DNA of 63,998 nucleotides, counting the filler. It is 5 parts of 5 records of this genome, joined end to end, with 100 filler letters (N's around TTAATTAATTAA, not from the genome) between each part and the next. Parts side by side here need not be neighbours in the genome. Positions count along the whole stretch, not along the records: positions 1 to 27,322 come from SRR20825010_1526; 4 more parts are not named here. The stretch is one strand, 5' to 3'. Both the position numbers and the translations under genes were made by a program. This document shows positions 1-10,156 of the stretch, piece by piece (position 1 is the stretch's first letter; each line of letters starts with the position of its first letter). The notes below the pieces were generated by a model, which had not been told where the DNA came from, ran no database searches, and worked only from the letters and a program-made list of their open reading frames with translations.

Positions 1-187
1 GGTTTTAATCTCGATTATCGAGTAAAATTTGTACAGCGCAATCCGCTAATGTTCATAAAATTCAGCGACTGTGTTTGGTTATACAAAAACCAAAAAATAT
101 ACAAGATTCGAAATTGCGTATAAGAAGTTAAGGTAGATGTATACCGACCTTTGTCCTAATCATTTAAAAAACAAAAAATTAGGAAAG

Positions 188-1138
188 ATGCATACAAACA
201 AATTTGGAAAAAAAGGGTGGACACCCGATAGAATAAAAGACTTAAGCGGTAAAACATTTGTAATAACCGGCACTACCAGCGGCACTGGTTTTGAAGCTGC
301 ACGCATATTACTTTCTAAAGGCGCTAAGGTAGTGATGCTTAACCGAAACCCTAAAAAGGCGGCAGATACCATGTCTCAATTAAAGCAACTTCTTGGAAAT
401 AACATTGACGTAATCAACATCCAAATGGACTTGGCCGAACAAGCTTCTGTGAAGAACGCGGCAGCCGAAGTGTTGGAGAAGGTAGACCGTATTGACGCAT
501 TGATGTGCAATGGTGCCATTGCGCAAGTACCCAAGCAACAGATCACAAAAGGTGGCTGGGAAAGCCAAATGGGCGTGAATTACTTCGGGCATTTTACACT
601 ACAAGCCTTGTTATTTCCAATGATTGACAAATCCAAAGGACGCATTGTTACCGTGGGGAGTATGGGGTATGACATGGGTATCAAAACCATCAAGTTTAAC
701 GACTTAAACTGGGACAAAGACTATAAAGCCAACGATGCCTATAGCCAGAGCAAGTTGGCGCAGATCATGACTGTCTATGAATTACAGGACAGATTGAAAA
801 AAGCGGGCAAGACGGATGTAAAAGTGTATGCTTGCCACCCCGGTGCTTCCAGTACATCATTGATCAAAACCAGCGGTAGTTTAATGACCCGCTTCGTTTG
901 GCAACTCATGAAGTTATCTCCAATGGTACAATCGGCCGAAAAAGGTGCGTATCCGGAATTGATGTGTGCCACGGAACCAAACTTAGACCAAAGTGGCTTT
1001 TATGGACCTACAGGACGGAACTACTGGACTGGACCGGTGGGCGAATGCAAATTGGAACCGCACGCAAAAGATAAAGCTGTAGCAGAGAAATTGTGGACTT
1101 TATCAGAAAAGGAAACAGGTCTAAAATGGAATTATTAA
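188..1138 (+). CDS. SDR family oxidoreductase (retinol dehydrogenase/WWOX-like)
   Basis: TGTTSGTG Rossmann motif, NGAI, YSQSK catalytic motif, ACHPG; ORF opens at 137 but ATG 188 is the likelier start. Confidence 0.9.
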   Translation: MHTNKFGKKGWTPDRIKDLSGKTFVITGTTSGTGFEAARILLSKGAKVVMLNRNPKKAADTMSQLKQLLGNNIDVINIQMDLAEQASVKNAAAEVLEKVDRIDALMCNGAIAQVPKQQITKGGWESQMGVNYFGHFTLQALLFPMIDKSKGRIVTVGSMGYDMGIKTIKFNDLNWDKDYKANDAYSQSKLAQIMTVYELQDRLKKAGKTDVKVYACHPGASSTSLIKTSGSLMTRFVWQLMKLSPMVQSAEKGAYPELMCATEPNLDQSGFYGPTGRNYWTGPVGECKLEPHAKDKAVAEKLWTLSEKETGLKWNY

Positions 1139-1148
1139 TTTAGCTACC

Positions 1149-2060
1149 ATGCAGCACTTCAAAACATTATCGGCTTACTTGGATTACCTGGAACTTCCAC
1201 GCCCAGAGCATCCTATGTTGAGTGTATTTTCCGCCAAAGGTGAAGGATTCTTGCCGTGCCCGAAGGAAAGTTCTCCACCCATTACCAACGATTGTTATTC
1301 CATTAGTTTGAAGAAGATTGTTAAGGGCGACTTAAACTACGGACGAACACAATATGATTTTACCAATGGTGCTTTGATATTCATCGCACCAAGACAGGTG
1401 CTGCAATGGGATAGCAGCGTAGTTTTTGAGCAAAAAGGCTTTTCTATCAACTTTCACGAAGATTTTCTAAAAGGAACCGAGTTGGCGCATCAGATTAAGA
1501 AATACGGATTCTTTTCATATTCTGTCAATGAAGCCCTGCACCTATCGCCTAAGGAGGAAAAGCAGCTAGAAGCTATTGTGGAAAGTATCGACATGGAATA
1601 CCACAACAACCAAGATGAGTTTAGTAAAGACATCATCATTTCTCAATTAAGCACCCTTTTAAAATATGCCAATCGATTTTATGAAAGACAATTTTTAAAT
1701 CGAAAAGAACTATCCAATGATTTGTTAGAGCAATTTAACCAACACTTGAAAAAATATTTTGAATCGGGACAACTACAGGAAAAAGGTATTCCAAGTATAG
1801 AACAAATAGCAGATAAGTTATCGGTTTCCCAACGATACCTGAGCGACACTCTTAAGCAAGAAACAGGTAAAACCACAACCGAACACTTGCAATTATACTT
1901 GATTGATGAAGCCAAGAATATTCTATTGAAACCTAATAAAAGTATTTCTGAAGTAGCCTATGAACTGGGATTTGAATATCCACAATATTTTTCGAGATTA
2001 TTTAAAAAGAGGGAAGGTCTAAGCCCAACGGAATATAGAGAAAAGTATAAAATGAATTAA
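1149..2060 (+). CDS. AraC family transcriptional regulator (Bacteroidetes type)
   Basis: C-terminal double HTH: ISEVAYELGFEYPQYFSRLFKK; N-terminal YGRTQYDF motif. Confidence 0.95.
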   Translation: MQHFKTLSAYLDYLELPRPEHPMLSVFSAKGEGFLPCPKESSPPITNDCYSISLKKIVKGDLNYGRTQYDFTNGALIFIAPRQVLQWDSSVVFEQKGFSINFHEDFLKGTELAHQIKKYGFFSYSVNEALHLSPKEEKQLEAIVESIDMEYHNNQDEFSKDIIISQLSTLLKYANRFYERQFLNRKELSNDLLEQFNQHLKKYFESGQLQEKGIPSIEQIADKLSVSQRYLSDTLKQETGKTTTEHLQLYLIDEAKNILLKPNKSISEVAYELGFEYPQYFSRLFKKREGLSPTEYREKYKMN

Positions 2061-2064
2061 AACT

Positions 2065-2568
2065 ATGGAAATTTTAAAAATAGCAGTCGAATGGGCCAAA
2101 GCCGAAGTCTTCTCGACACGATTCTTCATCTTTTTTGCGATATTATTTATAATCGTAAGCATCGGGTTTTGGCAGTTAGGAAAAACGGATATAGCAAAAG
2201 CCTACATAATTCCAACCTTGGTAGCAGGGGTATTGCTTTTGACCATAGGGCTTGGGTTATTTTTCACCAATAAATCAAGAATTAAAGAATTTGAAACTGC
2301 CTACAACAGTGATTCCTCTGCATTTATAGCATCAGAAATTGCACGTACGGAAAGAACACTAAAGGAATACGAAACAGTAGTTTTCAAGGCAATTCCGATT
2401 ATAATCATTGCAGCTGCCTTGCTAATTATTTTTATAAACACCCCAACTTGGCGTGCAATCAGCATTACAACGATTGCTATGATGATAGTCATTTTACTTA
2501 TAGACGGAACTGCCCATGCAAGAATTGAAGCCTACCATAAGCACCTGGAATTAGTGAATAAATCATGA
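2065..2568 (+). CDS. hypothetical integral membrane protein (about 4 TM)
   Basis: Hydrophobic segments; starts 4 nt after the AraC stop. Confidence 0.75.
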   Translation: MEILKIAVEWAKAEVFSTRFFIFFAILFIIVSIGFWQLGKTDIAKAYIIPTLVAGVLLLTIGLGLFFTNKSRIKEFETAYNSDSSAFIASEIARTERTLKEYETVVFKAIPIIIIAAALLIIFINTPTWRAISITTIAMMIVILLIDGTAHARIEAYHKHLELVNKS

Positions 2569-2604
2569 AGAAATCGACTTGAATTAAAGGAAGTGTAATT
2601 ATTA

Positions 2605-2840
2605 AAACAACATACAACAAGGTAGACAATTAACCCGCCATTGCCCGAAATGGTGTTGGCAGGTTGCTGGAATTGCTTTCTGCAGACAGGTCCTCCACTA
2701 CCCTAAGAATATTTCCTGGCCCAAAAGCGGTGCAAGGCAGATTTGCCAATTGCCTATCGGCAAGCAAGTTTGGATTGTTTATGTTAAATTAGGTGCTTAA
2801 AATACCCAACTACCCATATCCGAGACCCTTAGTGGTATTG
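2605..2840 (+). repeat. degenerate Flavobacteriaceae intergenic cassette-associated (attC-like) repeat
   Basis: Starts with ACATACAAC soon after a stop codon and ends TAAATTAGGTGCTTAAAATACCCAACTACCCATATCCGAGACCCTTAGTGG just before a new gene start; resembles a repeat family I recall from flavobacterial genomes (not verified by search). Confidence 0.5.
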
Positions 2841-2857
2841 TGTATGCCCAAAACAAA

Positions 2858-3020
2858 ATGAAAGAACTATATAATTTTTTTAATACTACTTTCTCCTTAC
2901 ACGAGGGTACTTGGAACGTAGTAAAAAAATATATTTAGCGAACATTCATTAAAAAAAGGGGAATACTATGTTGAGGAAGGTGAAATTACCAAAAAATTTG
3001 GATAAAAAAATGGCCTAAAA
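2858..3020 (+). pseudogene. Crp/Fnr-family (cNMP-binding) regulator remnant
   Basis: ATG 2858 reads MKELYNFFNTTFSLHEGTWNVVKK, then a +1 shift near 2930 gives IFSEHSLKKGEYYVEEGEITKKFG*KNGL, the typical N-terminus of flavobacterial Crp proteins; truncated. Confidence 0.7.
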
Positions 3021-3370
3021 GATGTCATTGCCATTGTTACCGTCGGCACTTTAGCTTTCAAACAAATTACAGATACCCTAGCTTATGTTCTTGCCAAAGC
3101 TGTATAACCAAGCTTGGGACAAATTGGATTTAACTCTGTGCAGGACAAGGTCGAAAATTAAATACTGTGGTAAGCCTGCACACTCATATACTTATAGGCC
3201 AATAAACACGATCCATAGCGCTTCCACGACCAAAATCATAGCCATTGCAAGGTCGACAATATGAGATTACGCACCTAGTTATATTATATTTGTACAAGCA
3301 AAAGTATGCTGTTCAAAGCAACAAGCATTAATTGTACAGGGATGAACAACTCTTCTTATATAGGAACAAT

Positions 3371-4141
3371 ATGAAAAACGATAATAAATTAAAAGGAAAG
3401 AACATTCTAATCACCGCTGGCGCACAAGGTATTGGTGAATCGATTACCAAGCACTTTATTGATAGTGGAGCCAATGTTGCCGTTCACTATTTTTCCAGTG
3501 CCGATACCGCGAACCAATTAACAGAATACGCAACTGGTAAAGGACAAAAAGCGATTGCTATAAGTGGTGACCTAACAAAGGAAGACGATGCGAATGCAAT
3601 GGTGGAAAAAACAGTAAAGGCGTTGGGTAGTCTGGACATACTGATCAATAATGCAGGTTCACTTGTTGCCCGTAAAATGTTGAGCGAAATGGAGGCCGAG
3701 TTCTGGCACAAGGTAATGGACATAAACCTAACCTCCATGATGTTCGTGACCCGGGCCGCAGCTCCTTTTCTAGCAAAAAATGACAACAGCAGTATTGTTA
3801 ATTTAGCATCACTCGCTGGGCGTAAGGGGGGGCACCCAGGGTCATTGGCTTATTCTACCAGCAAAGGCGCCATCCTAACATTTACCCGGGCGCTCTCTGC
3901 TGAATTGGGACCTCAAGGCACTAGGGTCAACGCAGTTGCCCCAGGTCTCATCCTTGGCACTTCATTTCACAACACGCATACGACAAAAGAATCAGCGGCT
4001 GCAACAACAGCAGGTATTCCAATTCAACGTGCTGGTAACGCAGATGACGTAGCTCGGGCGGTATTATTTCTAGCTTCCGAATACGATGGCTTTATTACAG
4101 GTGCCACGCTAGACATCAATGGCGGTGTCTATAATATGTAG
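3371..4141 (+). CDS. SDR oxidoreductase, DEH/keto-deoxy-sugar-acid reductase-like
   Basis: TAGAQGIG, NNAGSLVARK, GGHPGSLAYSTSKGA, TSFH, DINGG; resembles uronate-pathway SDRs. Confidence 0.85.
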   Translation: MKNDNKLKGKNILITAGAQGIGESITKHFIDSGANVAVHYFSSADTANQLTEYATGKGQKAIAISGDLTKEDDANAMVEKTVKALGSLDILINNAGSLVARKMLSEMEAEFWHKVMDINLTSMMFVTRAAAPFLAKNDNSSIVNLASLAGRKGGHPGSLAYSTSKGAILTFTRALSAELGPQGTRVNAVAPGLILGTSFHNTHTTKESAAATTAGIPIQRAGNADDVARAVLFLASEYDGFITGATLDINGGVYNM

Positions 4142-4249
4142 ATACTTAAGCAAACACTACATCAAATGCAATTGATTATTAAAATAGAAAACATTGGAAG
4201 CTAAACAGCCCCTAGTGTTTTTGTATTAATTTTTTTCAAGGATAGATTT

Positions 4250-4684
4250 ATGCTAAAGACTCCAGTAATACACCCAACAATTATGGAAGTGCTTGCCCGT
4301 TCAGGGCATTTTGCACAAGTGGTCATTGCTGACGGAAATTTACCGGTCGCCGCCATGACAGGTCCAAACTCCACTACCGTACATCTCAACTTTCGTCCGG
4401 GACTATTGGATGCTCTCACGGTCCTTGAAGGCATTATGGAAGTCTGCCCAATACAAGGTGCCATAGTCATGGAAAAGCCTGCAGAAGCAAGCGCTGAGAT
4501 ACACGATGCTTATAAAAAATTACTGGGGGACGTAACATGGGAGGCCATGGAACGCTGGGCATTCTATGACAAAATCAGGGACCCGGCCACCACATTGATT
4601 ATTCAAACTGGTGAACAGCGTCGCTTTGCCAATTTGATCCTCACTGTTGGTGTTGTAAAAATGGCGGAAGAAAGTAACTTTTAG
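4250..4684 (+). CDS. RbsD/FucU family sugar pyranase/mutarotase
   Basis: LARSGHFAQVVIADGNLP, MERWAFYD, IIQTGEQRRFANLIL motifs. Confidence 0.93.
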   Translation: MLKTPVIHPTIMEVLARSGHFAQVVIADGNLPVAAMTGPNSTTVHLNFRPGLLDALTVLEGIMEVCPIQGAIVMEKPAEASAEIHDAYKKLLGDVTWEAMERWAFYDKIRDPATTLIIQTGEQRRFANLILTVGVVKMAEESNF

Positions 4685-4947
4685 GAACTTTTGGCCCATC
4701 CCCTATTTTCTAAACTTCCTAGATCTTAGTCCAGAAAAGAAGACATAGAATCTGTTTGGAACTGGCATTGGGCTGAAAAGTACTATAACTGACAAGTGAA
4801 CGTCCAATGCTATGATTTTCCAAAGCACAGGTCGACTTTTTATAAAGTTATTGATTACCCTAAATTCTTTATCTTTAAACCACTTACGAACTATGCAATG
4901 GCCACTGTGTGAAATTTTGAGCCAGTAGTCCAAAAACATTGTGGGAT

Positions 4948-5226
4948 ATGGAGTATAGAAAACTGAAAAATCTTGGTGTCCTACTTTTCATTGTGCAAAT
5001 AGTTGCCATTGGGGCTTGGTTTTATATTAAACAGCCAGAAATGGATTGTTCAATGGATATGCTGAAAATTATCCCGATACTATTTGGAATCAACCTCCTA
5101 GTAGGACTGGTATTGTACTTGCTGAAGAAAAAGGATCTTTCAAAATTGATTTTCGGAAATTCGATAATTTGTCCTTTCATTTTTTTTGCAGGGTGGATTT
5201 TATGGTTTACCTATTATGCCCAATAA
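4948..5226 (+). CDS. small hypothetical membrane protein (about 3 TM)
   Basis: Hydrophobic ORF, ATG 4948. Confidence 0.6.
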   Translation: MEYRKLKNLGVLLFIVQIVAIGAWFYIKQPEMDCSMDMLKIIPILFGINLLVGLVLYLLKKKDLSKLIFGNSIICPFIFFAGWILWFTYYAQ

Positions 5227-5395
5227 ACCAAATTGGGATGAGACGAAAAATTGGTAGGAATTGCCCCCAACTATTTATATAAAAAAAGTTATTTGTTAAA
5301 GGTGCAGGTAATACGTTCTACAATTGGACGGAGATAAGCAAAATCTACAGGCTAAAACGGCAAAGAGAATCAATGAAAAACTAAAGAGAATTCCT

Positions 5396-5845
5396 ATGAA
5401 AAAAGAAGCACTTAATTGGTTGGGTGAGTTGGCCATAATTCACGCTACGGGTAACGATACAAACGGCAAATATTGTATTGTTGAGCTTTATGCTACAAAA
5501 GAAGGCAGTCCCCCGTGGCATGTTCACCATAGGGAGGATGAAGGTTTTTATGTAATTGACGGTGAGTTGACCTTGTACGTTGGTGATAAAAGTTATAAGG
5601 CCAAAAACGGAGATTATTTATTGGCCCCAAAAGACATACCGCATACTTATACAGTAGATTCCCCAGGACATGCAAGAATATTAATGATTTGTTCGCCTGC
5701 AGGATTTGAAGATTGCGTTCGTGCAATGAGCACTCCGGCCACATCACTTGTTCCCCCCGAACCGGAAAATGCGGAAACCGACTTTGGGAAAATTATGAAT
5801 ATAGCAGCAGAATATGGAGTTGAGTTTGTAGAGGCTCCTGTATAA
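5396..5845 (+). CDS. cupin domain protein (quercetinase-like)
   Basis: PWHVHHREDEGFYVIDGE and PKDIPHTY cupin motifs; C-terminal AAEYGVEF. Confidence 0.88.
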   Translation: MKKEALNWLGELAIIHATGNDTNGKYCIVELYATKEGSPPWHVHHREDEGFYVIDGELTLYVGDKSYKAKNGDYLLAPKDIPHTYTVDSPGHARILMICSPAGFEDCVRAMSTPATSLVPPEPENAETDFGKIMNIAAEYGVEFVEAPV

Positions 5846-5903
5846 TAAATCAATAGAACCAAAACACTTTAATTGGAATATTAATTTTGAAAAAACGCAT
5901 AAG

Positions 5904-6629
5904 ATGAAAATTTGTGCAGCACAGACAAAATCTGAAAAAGGGAATATAAAGGCCAATATCGAAAACCATTTGAAATGGATTGAACTTGCCGTTTCCGAAA
6001 AAACAGACTTGATCGTTTTCCCTGAATTATCCTTGTTAAATTACGAACCGGAAATCGCAAAGGATTTTGCGACCGACCAAAATGATCCGAGATTGGAGGT
6101 GTTTCAAGCAATCAGCGACTCTAAAAGCATTACAATTGGAGTTGGTATACCTACCAAAACGGAATCCGGAATTTTAATTAGCACCGTTATTTTTCAACCA
6201 AACCTGCCACGACAAACTTATTCCAAGCAAATTCTGCATCCGGACGAAAAGCCGTACTTTATTGAAGGGAGCGAACAGACTATTTTGTCTATTAAGGACT
6301 CGAAAATTGCCCTTGCCATTTGTTACGAATCATTACAGCCCGAACATTCCAAAAATGCACATGGAATGGGAGCAGAAGTTTATTTGGCCAGCGTAGCAAA
6401 ATCACAAGCGGGAATGGAAAAAGCGAACACGGACTATCCAAAAATAGCGAACAAATATTCAATGCCAGTTTTAATGGCCAACTGCATCGAGTTTTGCAAC
6501 AATACCCTAAGTGCCGGACAAACATCAGTTTGGGACGCTAACGGAATTTTAATCGGACAACTCGATAGTCAAAGCGAGGGATTGTTGATCTATGATACGG
6601 TATCAAAATCAACCTATTCTGTAAACTAA
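5904..6629 (+). CDS. carbon-nitrogen hydrolase (nitrilase family)
   Basis: Glu-Lys-Cys triad: FPELSL, YSKQILH, ICYE. Confidence 0.92.
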   Translation: MKICAAQTKSEKGNIKANIENHLKWIELAVSEKTDLIVFPELSLLNYEPEIAKDFATDQNDPRLEVFQAISDSKSITIGVGIPTKTESGILISTVIFQPNLPRQTYSKQILHPDEKPYFIEGSEQTILSIKDSKIALAICYESLQPEHSKNAHGMGAEVYLASVAKSQAGMEKANTDYPKIANKYSMPVLMANCIEFCNNTLSAGQTSVWDANGILIGQLDSQSEGLLIYDTVSKSTYSVN

Positions 6630-6819
6630 GTTTCATAGACTTTCCAATCAAATCAATAAGCCTAAACCAGAATGTAAAAAATATACTTTTAATTCCCATA
6701 ATTGGTCAGAATAGCGCAGGTTACTCCCTATTTAATATATTCGGACAAAACCGTAACTTACTTCAATATTAATATTAGACCGAAGTTGTTGGTGAACAGC
6801 GACATAACAAACGAATAAA

Positions 6820-7248
6820 ATGAGGGAACTGAAAGTAAAAACTAACCCTAAAGTAGATGCAGTCTTTGCCAACTATCCCGACTTTGTTCGGGATAAGATG
6901 CAAGCGTTACGGGAATTGGTCCTTGAAACAGCGGAAGAAACCGAAGGAGTTTACCAATTGGAAGAAACCCTAAAATGGGGAGAACCAAGTTTTGTAACCA
7001 AAGATGGTAGTACCTTGCGAATGGACTGGAAAGAAAAAACACCCGACCAGTACGCTATGTATTTTCATTGCTCAAGTAGACTGGTAGATACATTTAGATT
7101 GGTTTTCAACCACAAATTTCAATACGAAGGTAAACGGGCCATAGTTTTTAAATTAAATCAGAAAATTCCCAAAGCGGAATTGAAGGAATGTATTAAAGCT
7201 TCATTGACCTATCATAAAGTAAAACAATTGATTACATTGGGAATTTGA
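6820..7248 (+). CDS. DUF1801 (YdhG-like) domain protein
   Basis: LRELVLET...EETLKWGEPSF motif. Confidence 0.85.
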   Translation: MRELKVKTNPKVDAVFANYPDFVRDKMQALRELVLETAEETEGVYQLEETLKWGEPSFVTKDGSTLRMDWKEKTPDQYAMYFHCSSRLVDTFRLVFNHKFQYEGKRAIVFKLNQKIPKAELKECIKASLTYHKVKQLITLGI

Positions 7249-7329
7249 GGAATTGAGGGAGAAAATAGATACAGTAATCTCCATATAATGAACACCTATA
7301 AATATAATTGAACACAAGTTGTTTAATTA

Positions 7330-8559
7330 CTACAATTCGGCCAGTATCTTATAAACAAGAAAAACAATGCATAGCAGGGCGGCAAGTAACGGCAGTAAAA
7401 ATTTCCGGTTTCCCCAACATTTCTTCCTGCCATAATCGTTAATGGCCAACTTGATCTGTGAGAGATTTACCATTGTAAAAACGCTTATGACCACATAGCT
7501 TGTAGTATTGGCCAGTTCAACAATAGGAACGAAAATGGCGAGAACCACAATCCCAATGGCTATGGCCAGGGTGGCCAGTATTGGAGTACGGTACTTCTTA
7601 TGTACTTGATGAAACAATTTGGGTGCGTTGTTCTGCCCTGCCATTCCGTAAAGGACCCTTGACCCCATTATGAGCTGTGCCAATACACCATTTAAAACGG
7701 CAACCAAACTAATTAGACTAATAATATAGGCATAATGCTGCCCCTTATTCGCAACTATTTCCGCCATAGGCGCATCGGTGGCAATAAGTTCGTTCAATGG
7801 CAAGGCAATTACGGCAACCACAGCTACAGCTACATACAGGAACAACGCAATGAACAAACTGCCCATAATGGCTACAGGCATGCTCTTTTGCGGATTTTTG
7901 GCCTCCTCCGCAACATTTGCCAAATCTTCGAACCCAACAAAGGCATAAAAGGCCAAGAAAGCACCCTGAAACACTGCAAAGATATCATAGCCAGGTGCCG
8001 CAAGGAACATTTGGGAAAACTGGGAAGTGAATTTCTCCAAATCTATGCCTGCCACAAAAATGACAAATAGAAGCCCCCCTACCTCAATCAAGGTTATTAA
8101 TCCTATTACGTTCAAAGATTCCCCAATACCCCAGATGGCAAGTAAACATAGTAGTGTCATACTTACGATGATGACAACAGCATCCGGGAATTCAATAAAC
8201 ACGTTCAGGTAGCCAACAAATCCTTTGAGAATGGCAGCAGCGGAAATAAACCCCGTAAATATTACTCCCCATCCCACCAAGGAGGCCAATCGTTTTGAGT
8301 TGAATGCCTTGTTTACATAGATTATTTCCCCACCACTTTTCGGAAACCGCGGGGCAAGAAGGGAATAGGAGTATGCGGTCAATCCTGCCAAAACCCCTGC
8401 AAGAAGGAAGGAAAGAGGCGCCAGTGTTCCGGAATATCCCGCTACCTTACCCACCAGCACATAAATTCCTGCTCCCAGCATGGTTCCAACACCGTATAGG
8501 AGTATCTGCACTGTACCCAATTGTTTCTTTAACCCAACCTCTTCATTAACTTCATTCAT
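7330..8559 (-). CDS. APC family amino acid permease
   Basis: GTMLGAGIY, FPKSGGE, FYAFVGFE..AEEAKNP motifs. Confidence 0.93.
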   Translation of the reverse strand: MNEVNEEVGLKKQLGTVQILLYGVGTMLGAGIYVLVGKVAGYSGTLAPLSFLLAGVLAGLTAYSYSLLAPRFPKSGGEIIYVNKAFNSKRLASLVGWGVIFTGFISAAAILKGFVGYLNVFIEFPDAVVIIVSMTLLCLLAIWGIGESLNVIGLITLIEVGGLLFVIFVAGIDLEKFTSQFSQMFLAAPGYDIFAVFQGAFLAFYAFVGFEDLANVAEEAKNPQKSMPVAIMGSLFIALFLYVAVAVVAVIALPLNELIATDAPMAEIVANKGQHYAYIISLISLVAVLNGVLAQLIMGSRVLYGMAGQNNAPKLFHQVHKKYRTPILATLAIAIGIVVLAIFVPIVELANTTSYVVISVFTMVNLSQIKLAINDYGRKKCWGNRKFLLPLLAALLCIVFLVYKILAEL

Positions 8560-8610
8560 ACCTCCAAGTTTTCCTTTTAATTTAAGGGACTAAAGCGATT
8601 TCAGAATCTT

Positions 8611-9879
8611 CTAACTGGAATTAACTTCCGTTTTCCCTATCCCCATGCGTCGAGCTTGGATTCCTATTAGGGGACCAGCGAGAATTGAAGACAGGAGCGC
8701 TGAAAATACGATAGCCACAAATATTGCCTGTCCAATGAGTTCCAATTCTATGGCCAGAGTAGCAACCACAATCTCCATGGCTCCTCCTGGAATAAAGATC
8801 AAGCCCATTAAAATAGATGTTTGTTGAGATTGCTTGCCCAATTTTGCTCCTAACCAGGCACCAATAAATTTACCCAAAATGGCAACTATACAGAATATAA
8901 CGGTTGGCCATAATTCCAGTCCCACCAAAAAATCGATTTTGATACCAAGTGTCGCAAAAAAGAGGGGTACAAAAATAGCGTGCAAAGTATCCGAAACGCT
9001 ATTGCGAAGCTCCTCTGTTACTCTTTTGGCACTTCCCGCCATGGTACCTGCTAGGAAGAATCCCAGAATAGCATGAATTCCCATCCACTGCGTGATGGCT
9101 CCACAAAGCAATCCAACACTTACAATTAGAGTCTGTGCCGCTGCAGGCTGTGGCAATGAAGTTCCTTCGACTCGCTTTAAGGCAAAATTCAATACCTTGG
9201 CCCCAACAGCAATACTTACTATAATAAAGGCTATTACCAGCAATGCCCTTCCGCCCAATTCCATGACCCCCATTGCGTGGGCCGTTACCATTGACATTAC
9301 CACAGTAAACAATAACCATCCAAAAATGTCATTGATTGCACAGGCCGAAAGGGCAAGGGACGCTTGTGGCGTTTTATTGATTCCAAGATCACCCAAGGCC
9401 CGTGCCACGACCGAGATGGCAGTGATAGAACATGCTACGGACAAAAATAAGGGGAAGGTAATACCTGTGGCGGCCTCTCCCCAATAAATAGGGTCATATG
9501 CACTAAAAATTGGATAGCCAATGGCGATGGGAAACAACACCCCGACAATTCCGATTAAAATAGATGCACGACCACTTCGGAGCGCATGCCCCACATTTAC
9601 ATGAAACCCTGACGATAATAAAAGAAAAAAGACCCCTAGCCAAGATACCGTTTCCAACATTATGTATTGGGGTTCGCTATCAGGAAAAAGCATGTTTTGT
9701 AAGTCCGGAGATACCCGACCAAGTAGGGTTGGCCCCAAAATAACGCCAGCTAAAATTTCACCGGCCAAGGCGGGAATTTTTATGGATTCACAGATAACAC
9801 CTAGGGTTCGTGCAACCCCAAGAAGAACGAGGATCTGAATAATAAAAAGTAGAATATGGCTTTCGTTGAGGTAATGCAT
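8611..9879 (-). CDS. cation:proton antiporter (CPA2/Kef-type)
   Basis: GEILAGVILGPT, SITAISVVAR, NDIFGW, FVPLFFA motifs. Confidence 0.9.
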   Translation of the reverse strand: MHYLNESHILLFIIQILVLLGVARTLGVICESIKIPALAGEILAGVILGPTLLGRVSPDLQNMLFPDSEPQYIMLETVSWLGVFFLLLSSGFHVNVGHALRSGRASILIGIVGVLFPIAIGYPIFSAYDPIYWGEAATGITFPLFLSVACSITAISVVARALGDLGINKTPQASLALSACAINDIFGWLLFTVVMSMVTAHAMGVMELGGRALLVIAFIIVSIAVGAKVLNFALKRVEGTSLPQPAAAQTLIVSVGLLCGAITQWMGIHAILGFFLAGTMAGSAKRVTEELRNSVSDTLHAIFVPLFFATLGIKIDFLVGLELWPTVIFCIVAILGKFIGAWLGAKLGKQSQQTSILMGLIFIPGGAMEIVVATLAIELELIGQAIFVAIVFSALLSSILAGPLIGIQARRMGIGKTEVNSS

Positions 9880-10051
9880 ATCAATATTTTATCCTTTTGT
9901 AGTCATATTAGAGTGTATTAAGTACCTCTGAAAATTGCACTTGGCCAATTGCCAACATAATATCTCCGGTAGTCCAAATCTCCCTTTATATGTTATTCTG
10001 ATGTTATTATATCCAATGAAGCGAAACCTCCAATTTTACTTAAACACCCCC

Positions 10052-10063
10052 TGATAGGTTTCA
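10052..10063 (-). promoter_or_regulatory. candidate Crp/Fnr-type box upstream of CPA2-APC
   Basis: TGAAACCTATCA on the coding strand, same pattern as the two usp boxes. Confidence 0.35.
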
Positions 10064-10156
10064 TTACCGTACTGCCCCTATCCATAACTTGAGATGCCTA
10101 AAAATCGGTTAAAAAAGTAATACTATTTAATAATGGAACAATGTTTTGTTTAAGTT

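Noticed and set aside
9880-10156. Possible small gene upstream of the antiporter
   Set aside because: The minus-strand frames I read are interrupted by stops and show no motifs
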